Shown one piece after another: positions 1 to 11,084 of a DNA stretch of 64,000 nucleotides. Source of the stretch: Babesia bigemina (taxonomy: Eukaryota); contig NC_027218.1 in assembly GCF_000981445.1 (NCBI RefSeq), positions 1,178,001 through 1,242,000 of the forward strand, in the 5' to 3' direction. Position numbers and translations under genes: made by a program. The notes beneath the pieces were generated by a model, which saw nothing but the letters and a program-made list of their open reading frames with translations, did no database searches and was not told the DNA's origin. Numbering within the stretch: position 1 is the first letter of the stretch; each line of letters starts with the position of its first letter.

Positions 1-3000
1 GAGAAGATCAAAGCACGCACCAGGGTCACTGGGATAGGATAGATTACCTGGGTTAGTTTTGAAATTGCAGGCATAGATGCCACCAGCGTGGCCGTGGCTT
101 AGTAAAGTGGTGAGGATGTCGTGTGATTGTACGGTCACAAGGCGGAGTGCTGATACCGTGTCTCTAGCCGACAATGGTGATGTGGCTTCTACTTTTAGGT
201 CAACGAACGGTATCCTCGAGTATTCTGTACCTTTATGTTTCTCTGCTTTTTTGAACAAAGTCTTCATGTATTCTTTAAGTGGGTGGTAAGTAGGATTATA
301 CTGCAAACCACTGAGCCAACAGAGCATCTGAAATGCGTTGTGAGGTGAAGTAGGGTTTTTTATATCTCTAAGGTGACAAACAGTATGGTAGTCTAGTAAG
401 TTATTGTACAACTGCACGAGCGGGCCATCGTACAAAGCATTGTCGTCACCTGAGTGTAGTGATGCGAAAATATTGTAATTCTCGTAGAGTAAATCTATAA
501 TTTGTTCGCCCTTCATTTTACTCCTGTTCTGTAATTCGGCATCTTGTGTGGATGCGCCGCTTGGCACTTTATAACCTCTCTGGCTGAAGAAATCGCCTAA
601 TGGATTCAGGACTTTTCTGCTATCTTCCGAAGTCATCTCTAAATTTATTTGCTTGGCATTGGAGCCGCCTTCGCAGATTGTTTTTAGTTTGGTCAAGTCA
701 CAATGCAGAATTTCAAAAATGGTTAAACATACCTTGGCGCACTTCTCTGAATTGCCATGAATTTCCCAGTTAAAAGTGTCTGTTGATCCAGAATACTTCG
801 AGACATAGACGTTTTTGAGTTCTTCGACGAATGATATGAGGCCGGACTTTAGGACGTCAAGAAGGGGGTTGGACGACGTAGAGAAGAATTTCGAAGGGAA
901 AAAGTTTTTAATAGCCTCATCTGCCTCGTGAACATTCTTAAGTATAACGTGATTAAATCTATTTAATATGCCGAGTGATTGCATCACATCGCCAACGTTC
1001 TTGTATATTGCGTATATACCAGAAACCTTTGAATCGTATAATGGAGACATGATTTGAGTAGACCGGTCTGACGAACCAACGCGTCCAGATGCTGAATTGA
1101 GATTAAGCTGGCCGATAACGTAATAGAAAATCTGTTCCAAATATGCCTTGAATTTAATAGATAAGTCTCCAACGTTATTCATATCTTTCAGCTCAGCAAT
1201 CTTATTACCAGTGCTTGAAATACTTTGACTATTTGCTGCAACTCCACTCACCGTCTTAAGCAGGCCTTTTAAGTCCGTTTTCAAGTCTTCTCCAATTAGT
1301 CTTTCAATTTTGATTTTCTGTTCTGTAATGCACCTTACCAGCGCTTGGTATTGTGCATTGTTGGATGATGCGTATTGCGATTGCACGTTCCCCTTAATCG
1401 TTTCGAAAGCCTGGGTAATGGCATCCTGACATTTATTGCCAAGTTGACGGATAAATCCCGCTGCTGATTCATGAGCCTGATTTAATACATGTTTAGTCTC
1501 GGCTATGAAGCTCTCCTTTTTTTCTTCACCGCTTTTTCGTAACTGTTCTTTGTATCCCTGAACCGATTTCGTAAATACGGCGATCAGCGCTTCGGTGCCT
1601 GTTTCCTCTGTTTCTCTAACTGTATTGGGTAGACCTTCAAGTAACGCAAGACTTTTGTTTAATTCAGATACAACTGTATTAAGTCTATGCCTAACCTGAT
1701 CGAATTGTCTTCCTGCTAGAATTACTGCATCTCTCAAAGCACTGAATTTATTATATAACCCCTTTCTATAATCATCTTGCAGTGTCGTATGGAGTTTGTT
1801 AGCCTTCTCCATGGTTTCTAATAGCTTACTATCCGCATCAGTCACTTCCCTAATGACGGAAGCGATGCTTGTGGTAAGTTGTTGCATCTGAGTTGGTAGG
1901 GTGTCTACAACTTGGTTCAAAATTCCATCGGCGGTAATGATACCGCGGTAAGCGCCTGCAAGCGATAATACACTGTCACTTACGGCGGTGATGGCTCCAT
2001 GAATCGTCTCTGAACTCTTTTGGCCTGCGTTACCTACATGTCGTCTATAGTGCCCCATTGTTGTAGCGAAATGATTTTTTACTATATTGTCGCTCGCATT
2101 ATTTAATGCCAATGCGGATTCGGCAACTTTATCTTTAAGATCCTGGGTTATGGCATCAAAGAAGTTTTTACTGTTGTGTTTAAAACTTTCAAGTGCCTGT
2201 AATACCCCTTGCAACTTTGTAAAGTCGCTGTCTATCCGGTGTAATTGTTCCAACGCCTGATTAAATTGGCCGTAGCTTTCGGCCGCTTTCGTCCACGCCA
2301 CCAAAGATTTCGCATCGCCGCGTTCATCCCTCATACCAATCCGAAGATCTTGGATAAAAAGAGCGACACTACCACGGTTGCTACTCTGCGCAAGCCCCTT
2401 CAATCCCCTTTGAAAATCAAGAATTACCGCCTTCATAGCAGAATAAATCCTCGTTTTCAACCCATTCAGATCGCCGGCAACTTTATCATCCAAGGCGTTA
2501 ACCTGCTCAGTTATTTTGCGTAACAATGTGTCAAGTCGTTCTCCGGCATCTGGAGATGCACCATTTAATATACTTTTTGTTTTATCAAGTGCTTTCTTGA
2601 TAGCCGGGTATTCGCTCACAAAATTCGCAACTCCTTGCCTAACTTTTTCCTCAAACCCAGCAAGTCCTGTAGGTTGTGCCCCAACGCTTTTATTTTTCAT
2701 CACCCAATCATTTAACGGCTTTTTAATGTTGGTGAGGTCGTGATGAACAGTATTCGCCTGAATTACAAACCCTTGCAACACCGCCTTTATGTTTTCAACT
2801 GTCTCGTCTACCATACCCTTTGGTATCTTACCATTGTTGTTTTTATTAAGCCTTTTGAACTGTTCATCCAATGTCTGGACCGCAGTTTGGAATTCTGATG
2901 CGCTCGATGACAATTTAGACATATCAATCCGGTCAATCTGCTCTTTTAATGCGCGGTGCAACGATTCTATTCCCCCTTTAAATGCACTGTGCAAACCGTT

Positions 3001-4287
3001 AATACACTGTGTTCCCTTCTCCTCCGCAGCTTTCAATGCGGCGTTTACGGAGTCAATCCATCCCTTCAAACGGATTTCGAATTGAGACACTATGTTTTTC
3101 TCAAGCTGTTCAACATGCACTTTATGGTTTTTTATTAGCTGCTCCAGATTTTTACTTATTTTTATATTTACATTTTTGGGGATTTCTGTCAACTGAGTAT
3201 CAATTTTTTCACATTCCTGCTTAAGGGCCCCATTTTCAGCCGAGTTCTTAAAATTTTCAGCTGATTTCTTTATAATTTCGACAGGCATCTCTAACCTCTT
3301 TTTCAGTTGTTCATCCAGATTGTTTAAGTTATCTGCGGCCTCCATAGCGAAATCATGGCACGCATTTGCAGTTCCTTTCAACTGCCTATATTGATCGGAA
3401 AGCGTCAACGTCTTGGTGCGGTCATACACTTGCATTATATTCTCTATATCGTTTACGAACTCTTCTATAGGTTTAGTAACCAAATCATTATTTTGCGATA
3501 CTTTCTTAAAATATTTTTCAATGCCCGAAATCACCATCGGAATAACATCCTTAAAAACCTGATCGCCTTTACATCTAGCGTTATGTAAACTCTGAACCGT
3601 ATGCGTTATAATGGAATTGTATGTATCGACGTTTTTTATATTTGGATTATTTCTCGCAGTTTCCAAAACTCCGTGCAGGAACATTAGAACAGCGTCCCGC
3701 AGGCGGTCACAATCGCCGTACACGATGCCTTGACCTGTATAATTCCCAGACTTATAACCCAGGAAGGTCTCAAAACCTTCACAAAGCTTATAAAGGATAT
3801 TATCATCTGCATCTTTATATTTTTCTAGATGATCGGAAAAATTCCTAAGTTTTGCAATAACCTTATTAGCCTCATCAATTTCCTTTTGAATATCTTGCTT
3901 ACGTTGCTCACCAATGTTATGATCCTTTTGACAGTCATTTTTATTGGCTTCATATAGTTTTATTTGAGATTCTAATTCCCCTTTATTAGACGCATAATAT
4001 TCATCAAATTCGACTTCCTTTAATTCCTCTTTAGCCTTAGTACACTTTTCATCAAGCGCAGTACAATAAGAGTGCTCATAATAATCATTAGCGCACTCAA
4101 GCTTTCTTCTCTTATGCTTCATAGTCTCTTTAGCCTTCTCAACAGCCTCATCAATCAACTTCTTCAAAGCTTTGGCCAGCTGCTCAAGACCTTTACCATC
4201 GCCACCATGCCTAACCTGTATCAACCAGTCGATGGCCTCCCGGAGGTTCTCCGGGCAGTCAGTAAGCTTCTTGAAATGTGGCGCCAT
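1..4287 (-). CDS. ves1: Variant erythrocyte surface antigen (VESA1/ves1-like) protein, 3' end runs off the window
   Basis: ATG at 4287 reads MAPHFKKLTDCPENLREAIDWLIQVRHGG. The frame is maintained at checked points (1200: IAELKDMNNVGDLSIKFKAYLEQ; 60: KTNPGNLSYPSDPGACFDLL). Colinear with 35360-40996. Absence from the ORF track is consistent with no stop inside the window. Confidence 0.9.
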   Translation of the reverse strand, partial: MAPHFKKLTDCPENLREAIDWLIQVRHGGDGKGLEQLAKALKKLIDEAVEKAKETMKHKRRKLECANDYYEHSYCTALDEKCTKAKEELKEVEFDEYYASNKGELESQIKLYEANKNDCQKDHNIGEQRKQDIQKEIDEANKVIAKLRNFSDHLEKYKDADDNILYKLCEGFETFLGYKSGNYTGQGIVYGDCDRLRDAVLMFLHGVLETARNNPNIKNVDTYNSIITHTVQSLHNARCKGDQVFKDVIPMVISGIEKYFKKVSQNNDLVTKPIEEFVNDIENIMQVYDRTKTLTLSDQYRQLKGTANACHDFAMEAADNLNNLDEQLKKRLEMPVEIIKKSAENFKNSAENGALKQECEKIDTQLTEIPKNVNIKISKNLEQLIKNHKVHVEQLEKNIVSQFEIRLKGWIDSVNAALKAAEEKGTQCINGLHSAFKGGIESLHRALKEQIDRIDMSKLSSSASEFQTAVQTLDEQFKRLNKNNNGKIPKGMVDETVENIKAVLQGFVIQANTVHHDLTNIKKPLNDWVMKNKSVGAQPTGLAGFEEKVRQGVANFVSEYPAIKKALDKTKSILNGASPDAGERLDTLLRKITEQVNALDDKVAGDLNGLKTRIYSAMKAVILDFQRGLKGLAQSSNRGSVALFIQDLRIGMRDERGDAKSLVAWTKAAESYGQFNQALEQLHRIDSDFTKLQGVLQALESFKHNSKNFFDAITQDLKDKVAESALALNNASDNIVKNHFATTMGHYRRHVGNAGQKSSETIHGAITAVSDSVLSLAGAYRGIITADGILNQVVDTLPTQMQQLTTSIASVIREVTDADSKLLETMEKANKLHTTLQDDYRKGLYNKFSALRDAVILAGRQFDQVRHRLNTVVSELNKSLALLEGLPNTVRETEETGTEALIAVFTKSVQGYKEQLRKSGEEKKESFIAETKHVLNQAHESAAGFIRQLGNKCQDAITQAFETIKGNVQSQYASSNNAQYQALVRCITEQKIKIERLIGEDLKTDLKGLLKTVSGVAANSQSISSTGNKIAELKDMNNVGDLSIKFKAYLEQIFYYVIGQLNLNSASGRVGSSDRSTQIMSPLYDSKVSGIYAIYKNVGDVMQSLGILNRFNHVILKNVHEADEAIKNFFPSKFFSTSSNPLLDVLKSGLISFVEELKNVYVSKYSGSTDTFNWEIHGNSEKCAKVCLTIFEILHCDLTKLKTICEGGSNAKQINLEMTSEDSRKVLNPLGDFFSQRGYKVPSGASTQDAELQNRSKMKGEQIIDLLYENYNIFASLHSGDDNALYDGPLVQLYNNLLDYHTVCHLRDIKNPTSPHNAFQMLCWLSGLQYNPTYHPLKEYMKTLFKKAEKHKGTEYSRIPFVDLKVEATSPLSARDTVSALRLVTVQSHDILTTLLSHGHAGGIYACNFKTNPGNLSYPSDPGACFDLL

Positions 4288-5434
4288 TGCTCACAAGCGA
4301 ACGTTTAATGTATGCGCAACTTCAATATGCCCACCAGCAATCTGAGGTTGCATATACTTGACTCCGGCAAAAATGCGATACGCACTGGTCTGCTAGCAAA
4401 CTCCTCGCTCACTGCTCCAAACTACATTACTTAAACGATTACCGTTATGATGGCTGATTAGTAATTCAGGACAAAACTGGCATCCACCTCGCTCACCTAA
4501 TCCCAACCACCAGCACCCAGACAGCTCGAAATTCTGGCCCACTTCGGCGGCGTCCTGAAGCCTCCAAACTGCACTCCAATGTTCCACCGCCGGAAGAAAC
4601 AGGTATAGTTGATGCAAGCTGCTAGTTAATATTCGCATCAAATTCTACACTGCTTCTCCGCAATTACTGGTCCACCCCACCACTGCTATGCTGCAGCAAT
4701 ACACGAGAGGAGATATTCACGAATCTTTGAATGGAATAATGGAGTGTAATCATCTGAATGACTATATGTTGCAAACACGAGGCGAAAGAGCTCCTGGTTA
4801 ACTGGCTCCCTTTGCTGCCGTCTAAAGGAACGGAGTCTTCGGCGTGTGATATATGCGAATGTGACGTTAATACGGAGTACGCATAATGTAACATTGAAGC
4901 ACAGTGAAGATAAAAGGAACTGTAAAATAGTACAATGGCAGAACGGCAGTGAGGAGTAGGTGAAGGACTACGGTAACAATGGATTTCCTGGGACCAGAGG
5001 CTCAACACGGAGAAGACGAAAGAGTAGTACTAATCTGACCTCCCTCCGAATAGGAAGCAGAGGGCGACGGCCTTCGTGGAACCCGGGGTCACCAACCAAT
5101 ATCACCGAGTCGATACTTAGACATACAAGAGGAGGTGTGAAGGCGTAGTGAAGGAGCGCAAAGGGGGATAGATACGCCACATGATATGTTAAAGGCAATC
5201 GCCTATCTGATGAGTGACATACTGGCTCAAGGTGATCACCACTCTGTGAATAACCCTGGCGCCCAGACAGGGTGGACTCTGTTTTGGATGCTCGCATGGA
5301 CGGCACCAGTTAGGATCGGCAACGGACCGACGTGGATCCCGCAACCGGTTTCAGCGTTAGGCGGAAGCCCTGCAAAATCGAAAGCCGGCACTAGGCATGT
5401 AGCAGACTATAAGCTGAGAGAGCATAATAATAAT
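4288..5434 (-). repeat. Conserved ves upstream element, copy 1
   Basis: Colinear similarity to 23945-25076 and 40997-42131 (shared blocks such as CACGAGGCGAAAGAGCTCCTGGT and AAGGGGGATAGATACGCCA). Confidence 0.9.
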
Positions 5435-5550
5435 ATGTTGCTTCTGCACTGACACTACTTGATTTTTCTAACGCCGCCATTTTGAGCAATACGTTACAAC
5501 GACGCTGTATATTAACATTTTATATGTTCTCTATCGCATTTAATATGCTT

Positions 5551-7227
5551 TTAACTGTCGGAAAGACTTGGTGATGTGGCATCGTCAGATTCCCAGGAGG
5601 GTTGCGCTGGTATCACGGAGCAGTGCGACGACTCCGAACTCCTTCGAGGAATATTGAATTTGTATAAATCGCGTAAACTTGAGCATCCTCCACTTTTTAC
5701 TGGGGCGTCGGTGATGTTTTGTGCACTTTGGAGCGCCCTCACATTTGTGAGATGTACCATAAGGTACGTCACGATTTCCTCCGGTTTAGTGAGGTACGGG
5801 AAGTCTCCACCATCTCGCATGTGCGCTATCTTCGCATCTTGGTATCTGAAACTTGAATAGGATGCCTCAATAGTTTACGTACGCTTCAAGCATGTCTTCA
5901 GTAAGTTCATCGGGGATATTATTGTTGTTCGTCTCGATAATGAGAATCTTGCTTGGTGGCATCCTTCGAGAGCAGAAGTCGTCTACGTAATCAGTCGACA
6001 TTTGGAGCCTGTTTGAGCACTGTGAAGATCATTTATAAGGGCCACTAACGATATCCTGCCACCGAGGTCGCTTGCAGTGAGTTGATTGAGTTCGTTGGCC
6101 ATGAACTCGCGTGCCAATTGTTCTACCATTGGGGATTTTGCTCTGGCGCGTACGTTGTCTTGGGGGCATATGTAGTATTCTACAAAAATGTTTTTAAGCA
6201 CCACATGGGGCAGCACGGTGAATAGCCTTCCGTACATTCCTCTGAGCTCCGGAGAGCTGCTGAAGCAATCGGTTCTGCGCATATTTTGACGCCATTCATC
6301 ATAATTGCATATGTTGTGAAAAGACGCCGCACGCCCTGTTTGTCAAGCGTATGGTGGATGCAAACGCCAAAGCCGACATAATGGCAGGGATAATGGCAAT
6401 GAATGACAAGCTACACTATGTATTTACTTGCACAAAACACATTATGATACCTGACACTATTCATACCTGCGATAGGAATTGCATAGCGCAATGGCGGATA
6501 GACTTTCTGGGTATTTCTCGACGAAAAGTTGCAGGAGGTATCCACCCAAGTCGCTTGCAAATACTAGGGGTTTTGACAGCTTAATGTATTCGAGAAAATG
6601 AAGCAGCCCTTCAATCCACTCGTCTGGAGAGTAGTATTCCGGATACTGTGCAGAGATGCATCGTACTCCCTGTATCCAAATAAGTTTGCATGTTACGGTG
6701 TATTTTGTTGCGATAGATGCTTCACCGCCACTTACAATGTATGCATAAATAAACAAGCACGCATAAATACATGGGTCAGCCTATGTATCACATAATTAAA
6801 TCCCTAGACAACGCACACCTGCTTCCTTGAACGTTCACATGAAGGGGGAAACATCAAACCTAATGCTACACATCATCGTACATACAGCGGATGTATATAT
6901 AGGTGTGACTTACAGCTTTCGCGAGCTTCTCTATGACGTAGAAGTAGCATCCTGCCGTCCCGCATATCCCGTGGAGCAAGACTACACATGGCAGTTCCGC
7001 AAGTGACTCATCCGATCCATCTGGCTTCTTTACTGTCGCGCCCTCGTAGTACGTCCAGTGAAGCTCACTGATTGGGTCAAATACGCGCTTAACTGGATTC
7101 TCCAGTTTGAAGCGCGCGTAGTCCCTCTGGATCGACTTAAGGGACGATAGACACTCCACAGCTACGGTTAAATGACTTTGTAATACTATTTTCTCTTACT
7201 TGGAGAGCGCACATCACCTTCGTTCAT
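5551..7227 (-). CDS. SPG21: Maspardin (SPG21/ACP33)-like alpha/beta hydrolase, multi-exon
   Basis: Exon peptides LLHGICGTAGCYFY, VFASDLGGYLLQLF, LTASDLGGRISL and GGDFPYLTKPEEIVTYLMVHL. First exon 7227-7200 splices GT-AG in frame. Confidence 0.8.
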
Positions 7228-7345
7228 TATTTAGGGTGGTGGCTCGGTGGCAGCTACCCCGCTACGTGGCTCGCCGAGTTAGCGGGTTCGCCTGCCTCAA
7301 ATTCTGTCTTATCAGTCTCAATAATGCAGCCGTTCTCGTTTTAAA

Positions 7346-9320
7346 ATGTTGAGCTTCGTAGAGGCGGAGATGTACCTCCGCAGTTTGCGCGAGGGTATTG
7401 CCAAAGTTCAGGAGGATTCCACCGCTTCTGAGAAATACCTGCTCGCATCTAACGCTTTTTCGCAGATACAGGACCATGTATGTTTACACCTACTCCGAAA
7501 ATGATTATTTTCGTTCAGATTCCGAAATTGGCAGCTCATCAAGTGCTTTCGAGATATGTCGAGAAGCTCATTGCGCTCCTGGCCCATTCGCTGATTGAGG
7601 ACCCAGCGAACGAGCTCGAAGAGAAGCGCCAATTGTGCGAGTCCATATGCCTGCATCTTATGATGAAAGGCGATGTCACAACTCTCTCCATGGATTCGTT
7701 CGGTTCGCACGTTCTGCAGAGCGCTCTTCAGTGCGGCACGATTTTTGAGCACCAGGGCTTCAGTCTAAGCACGCCGCTTCAGTACTTCGCGGCAGCGGTA
7801 GAGTAAGTTTTGTGCCGTGTCTACTCGATGTGAAACCAGGGATGGCTGTCTTTTCCAGATGCTGCACCACCCGTCAGGATCGCACGTGTTGCGCAGCCTG
7901 ATAAAGGCTATCGCATGTGCCCTGGACGCGGATGCCTTCCAGAGTTCCAGAAGTGGGTCAATACGCCGTGTATATATATTATTGTCTCAGGATCAGGGAA
8001 AACAGCGGATAAGTGCGAGGTGTTGCTGCATGCCCAGGTATCGCTAATTAAAACCATTTGACACCTTTGCAGCATGAATTGGAAGAGTGGCGTTTCGCAA
8101 GACTGGAGCGTTGGGCGGACCTGTTTTGCTTAGATTTGGGTGGTTCGCTTTCTACCACCCAGTCGTCGATCACTGTTTGCGTCGTGTTGAAGATGTGCCA
8201 GAGCAGACCTGGTAGCAACGTGTCACGATTGTGCAACAGCGTTTCGGAATACTGTGTTACGCACTGCACCGAGTCTAAAGCGGTGAGCTACGCAGCTCAA
8301 GAGTGCCTTCAGCTATGCTCGAATGAGGAATTTAACCGTGTTTTCAACATTTTGGTGGCCACGAGGGCGCAAGAGCTGTCGGAGCACGCGTTTGGAAACT
8401 ACGTCGTCCAATCCGTTATTTGCCACCGTTATTTCCAGCAGAGCCACCTGGAGCGGCTGTTGAATTCCATTGATATGGGCAAGTTGCTCCTGAGCTCCTC
8501 TGCCTCGGTGGTATGGCGAATGTGCGAGTCTGCGGTTACTCTGGGAACGTGTCAAGCTCTTTTTGTAAAAAAGCTAATGGCTGCACTTCGTATATCGAAC
8601 TACACAGTCAATGATTCGAAAAAGAAGCGCGCCAAAGAAAAAAAGAGGAAAGCCAAAGAGGAATTGCGATCAGATGGCGCTGCGTCAGCCGATGCTGCTG
8701 ACGACAGGGGTGCTCAACCCGTTGAAGAAACGCAATCTGGCGATGAATCGGGCGCCCATTCATTCAAGGGTCATCTTTGGTTAGCGCTGACCTCTTGCAC
8801 GCGGCCTGAGAAAAATCATATCCACCTGCGTGCGGCCGGTGCGTCCATATTGCTCCACATGCTCAAGTTTGAACGCAAGTTAATCGTGAACCTGCTGAGC
8901 GACTTCAAATACTTCCTCCGTATCGCAAAATCGCATGGCCGTATCGTCGACTTAGCCACTGATCGCCACTATTCCCGGGTGCTCCAGTTAATGCTAGACC
9001 GCCGTCAGGGTCTGATGACGGAGAAGCAGGTGAGGAGGCTTTTCAAGTACCTAAAGCCCCATTTGTTCGACATCGCCATGGACATCAATGGCGCTTTCGT
9101 GCTTTCGGACCTCTTCCAGGCGTCGCCATTGCAGCTCAGGCGAGCCCTTTTAACGGGGCTTGCGCCGCACAGCAAGGAAATCATTGACAGAAACAAGAAG
9201 TTCGCCAGCATCATATGCCTCGACGCATTCTGCAAGAGCGAGTCGGCGTGGACCAAGCATCAGACTGTGGCCGAGTCCGTCCGTACTCTCTTCAAGGACA
9301 TTATCAACCCGGGGTCGTAA
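7346..9320 (+). CDS. NOP9: Pumilio-repeat nucleolar protein, NOP9-like, multi-exon
   Basis: PUF-type repeats (MDSFGSHVLQ, HHPSGSHVLRS, EHAFGNYVVQ, TDRHYSRVLQ, MDINGAFVL). ATG at 7346 precedes a GTATGT donor. Confidence 0.7.
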
Positions 9321-9537
9321 TACCGCCCCGAGGCTACCGAAAACGGCAGTCACGAAACTGCAACATGTAAATTGACGCGTTACAGTATCACTTTTATGTA
9401 TGTTGTCACACTACAAGATCCGCGTATCTTTGACGCGCCATTTTAGGTGGTATTCGCTGCGCTAACGCATAAATGTGGATAATCACGATCTCTCCATTCG
9501 GTGCTCAGGGCGCACCGCATATAAACATTGTCAGGAT

Positions 9538-11016
9538 CTAGGATAGCCAGCCCGTGCTCAATGACGCCGGCTGCATTTCGGAAAGGGTACCACTCCGTAT
9601 CATTTCTCTCACTTCCTCCGTGGTGTAGGTCCTAATCGTTTTGGCCGCATCCGTTTGTGTAAATGTGTCGAAAAGCTTCGACATCCTCTCCGGTTTGGTG
9701 CCACATACACCTACGACATAATGCTGGCACACAATGACGATCTCCTCGACCTCGTCCAGACACTCAAGTTTCTGCAAGGCGCTCAATCAGGCAACGCCAC
9801 GATCAACACCTACCCTCAGCCTCCTCTTTTCCTCATCGGTGATGAGCACGTTGTATAGGGTATTCATGTCCATGATTGCGACCTTCTCCCAGCCGAGCTC
9901 GGTGTACCTATGCATCAGTGTTTCCGCGTCATCATGTATATAGTTCGCTTTTTTTTCACAATCAGTCTCATTCCACTAGTACACGTGTCAAATCCGGATT
10001 GTGGATTGTGTCATTGATTGCTCACTGACCTTTTGATCTGACTCTCTATGGTAGGGTAAGCAATCGACCCGTGCAGCTCGCTTCCGAATTCCTGCCCAAG
10101 ATGCGACAACTAGGACTACGCCTTACTCTGTACCGCTCGACCATGAGTTGGCCGAACTTGTCGTTGATCCTGACCTACGTTTTCATGACTACGACGGATG
10201 TAAAACTGCGTACCGGCTCCCAATACACGAAACACGACGGGCCGCTAGAAACACTTGAGGCGAACTTGATGATCTGAATTAACGTCATCTAAATCACGCA
10301 GACGACAATACCTTGTTGCTTTTTTCCACATCCAGGTAAACAAGGGAGCACTCGCTGAGGAAGACGGTGGGTTGGCTGCAGCTGCTTCAGGAACACCATT
10401 TACGACATACTCCCTGGCGAAGTTGTAGTTTGACACGAGCATCTCTATTTCTGTGATATTGTTTAGATCCGCCGGAACCTGAGTATCTACGTTTTGGCTC
10501 CGCTCTAAGCTACCATTTTGTATCTCTTGGCATCTATTATCTTATCCCCGTCACCGTCGAACTCCTGCAGCAGCTCCATCACAGGATAGGCCTTCCTAAT
10601 CAACGCCGCCTTCGCCTTCAACTGCCTCGGCTTGTCCACGTCGAAACACGTCGCTTTTGGATAGTGCTGCAGAACCCAGAACGCCAGGGTGTCGAACCCG
10701 CAGCCGAGGTTGACAAGCTGGACATTTTCATCCGGAAACTGCTCAATAAACGCGCTAATTGCTTGTCTGATGGCATTTATGCGCAGGAAGTGAACTATAG
10801 GCAGATTTGAACCGCGTCAACGCACGACGTACGCATGTTATGAATCGGACCGTGCTTCTTGCCATCTGTGAAGTAACCGATGTAGGAATCCTCTACATAT
10901 CCTGCCTGTACCGCTGACCTGCCCGTTTATGTATGGATCGACGCCGACAAGTACCATTTGCATCCGACGGCATGGCGGCTAGTGTCGAACGCATCAATGC
11001 TGCGTTCATCCGCCAT
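9538..11016 (-). CDS. LCMT1: Leucine carboxyl methyltransferase (PP2A methyltransferase), multi-exon
   Basis: Spliced N-terminus TSRHAVGCKWSAVQAGYVED, SAM motif QLVNLGCGFDTLAF, FDVD, and C-terminal LDEVEE...QHY. Confidence 0.8.
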
Positions 11017-11084
11017 CGACACGTAGCTTATGAGTATATTTAAATATTATGTTAGGAATTTCAAATGTGTGTCTGACTTGAAAA

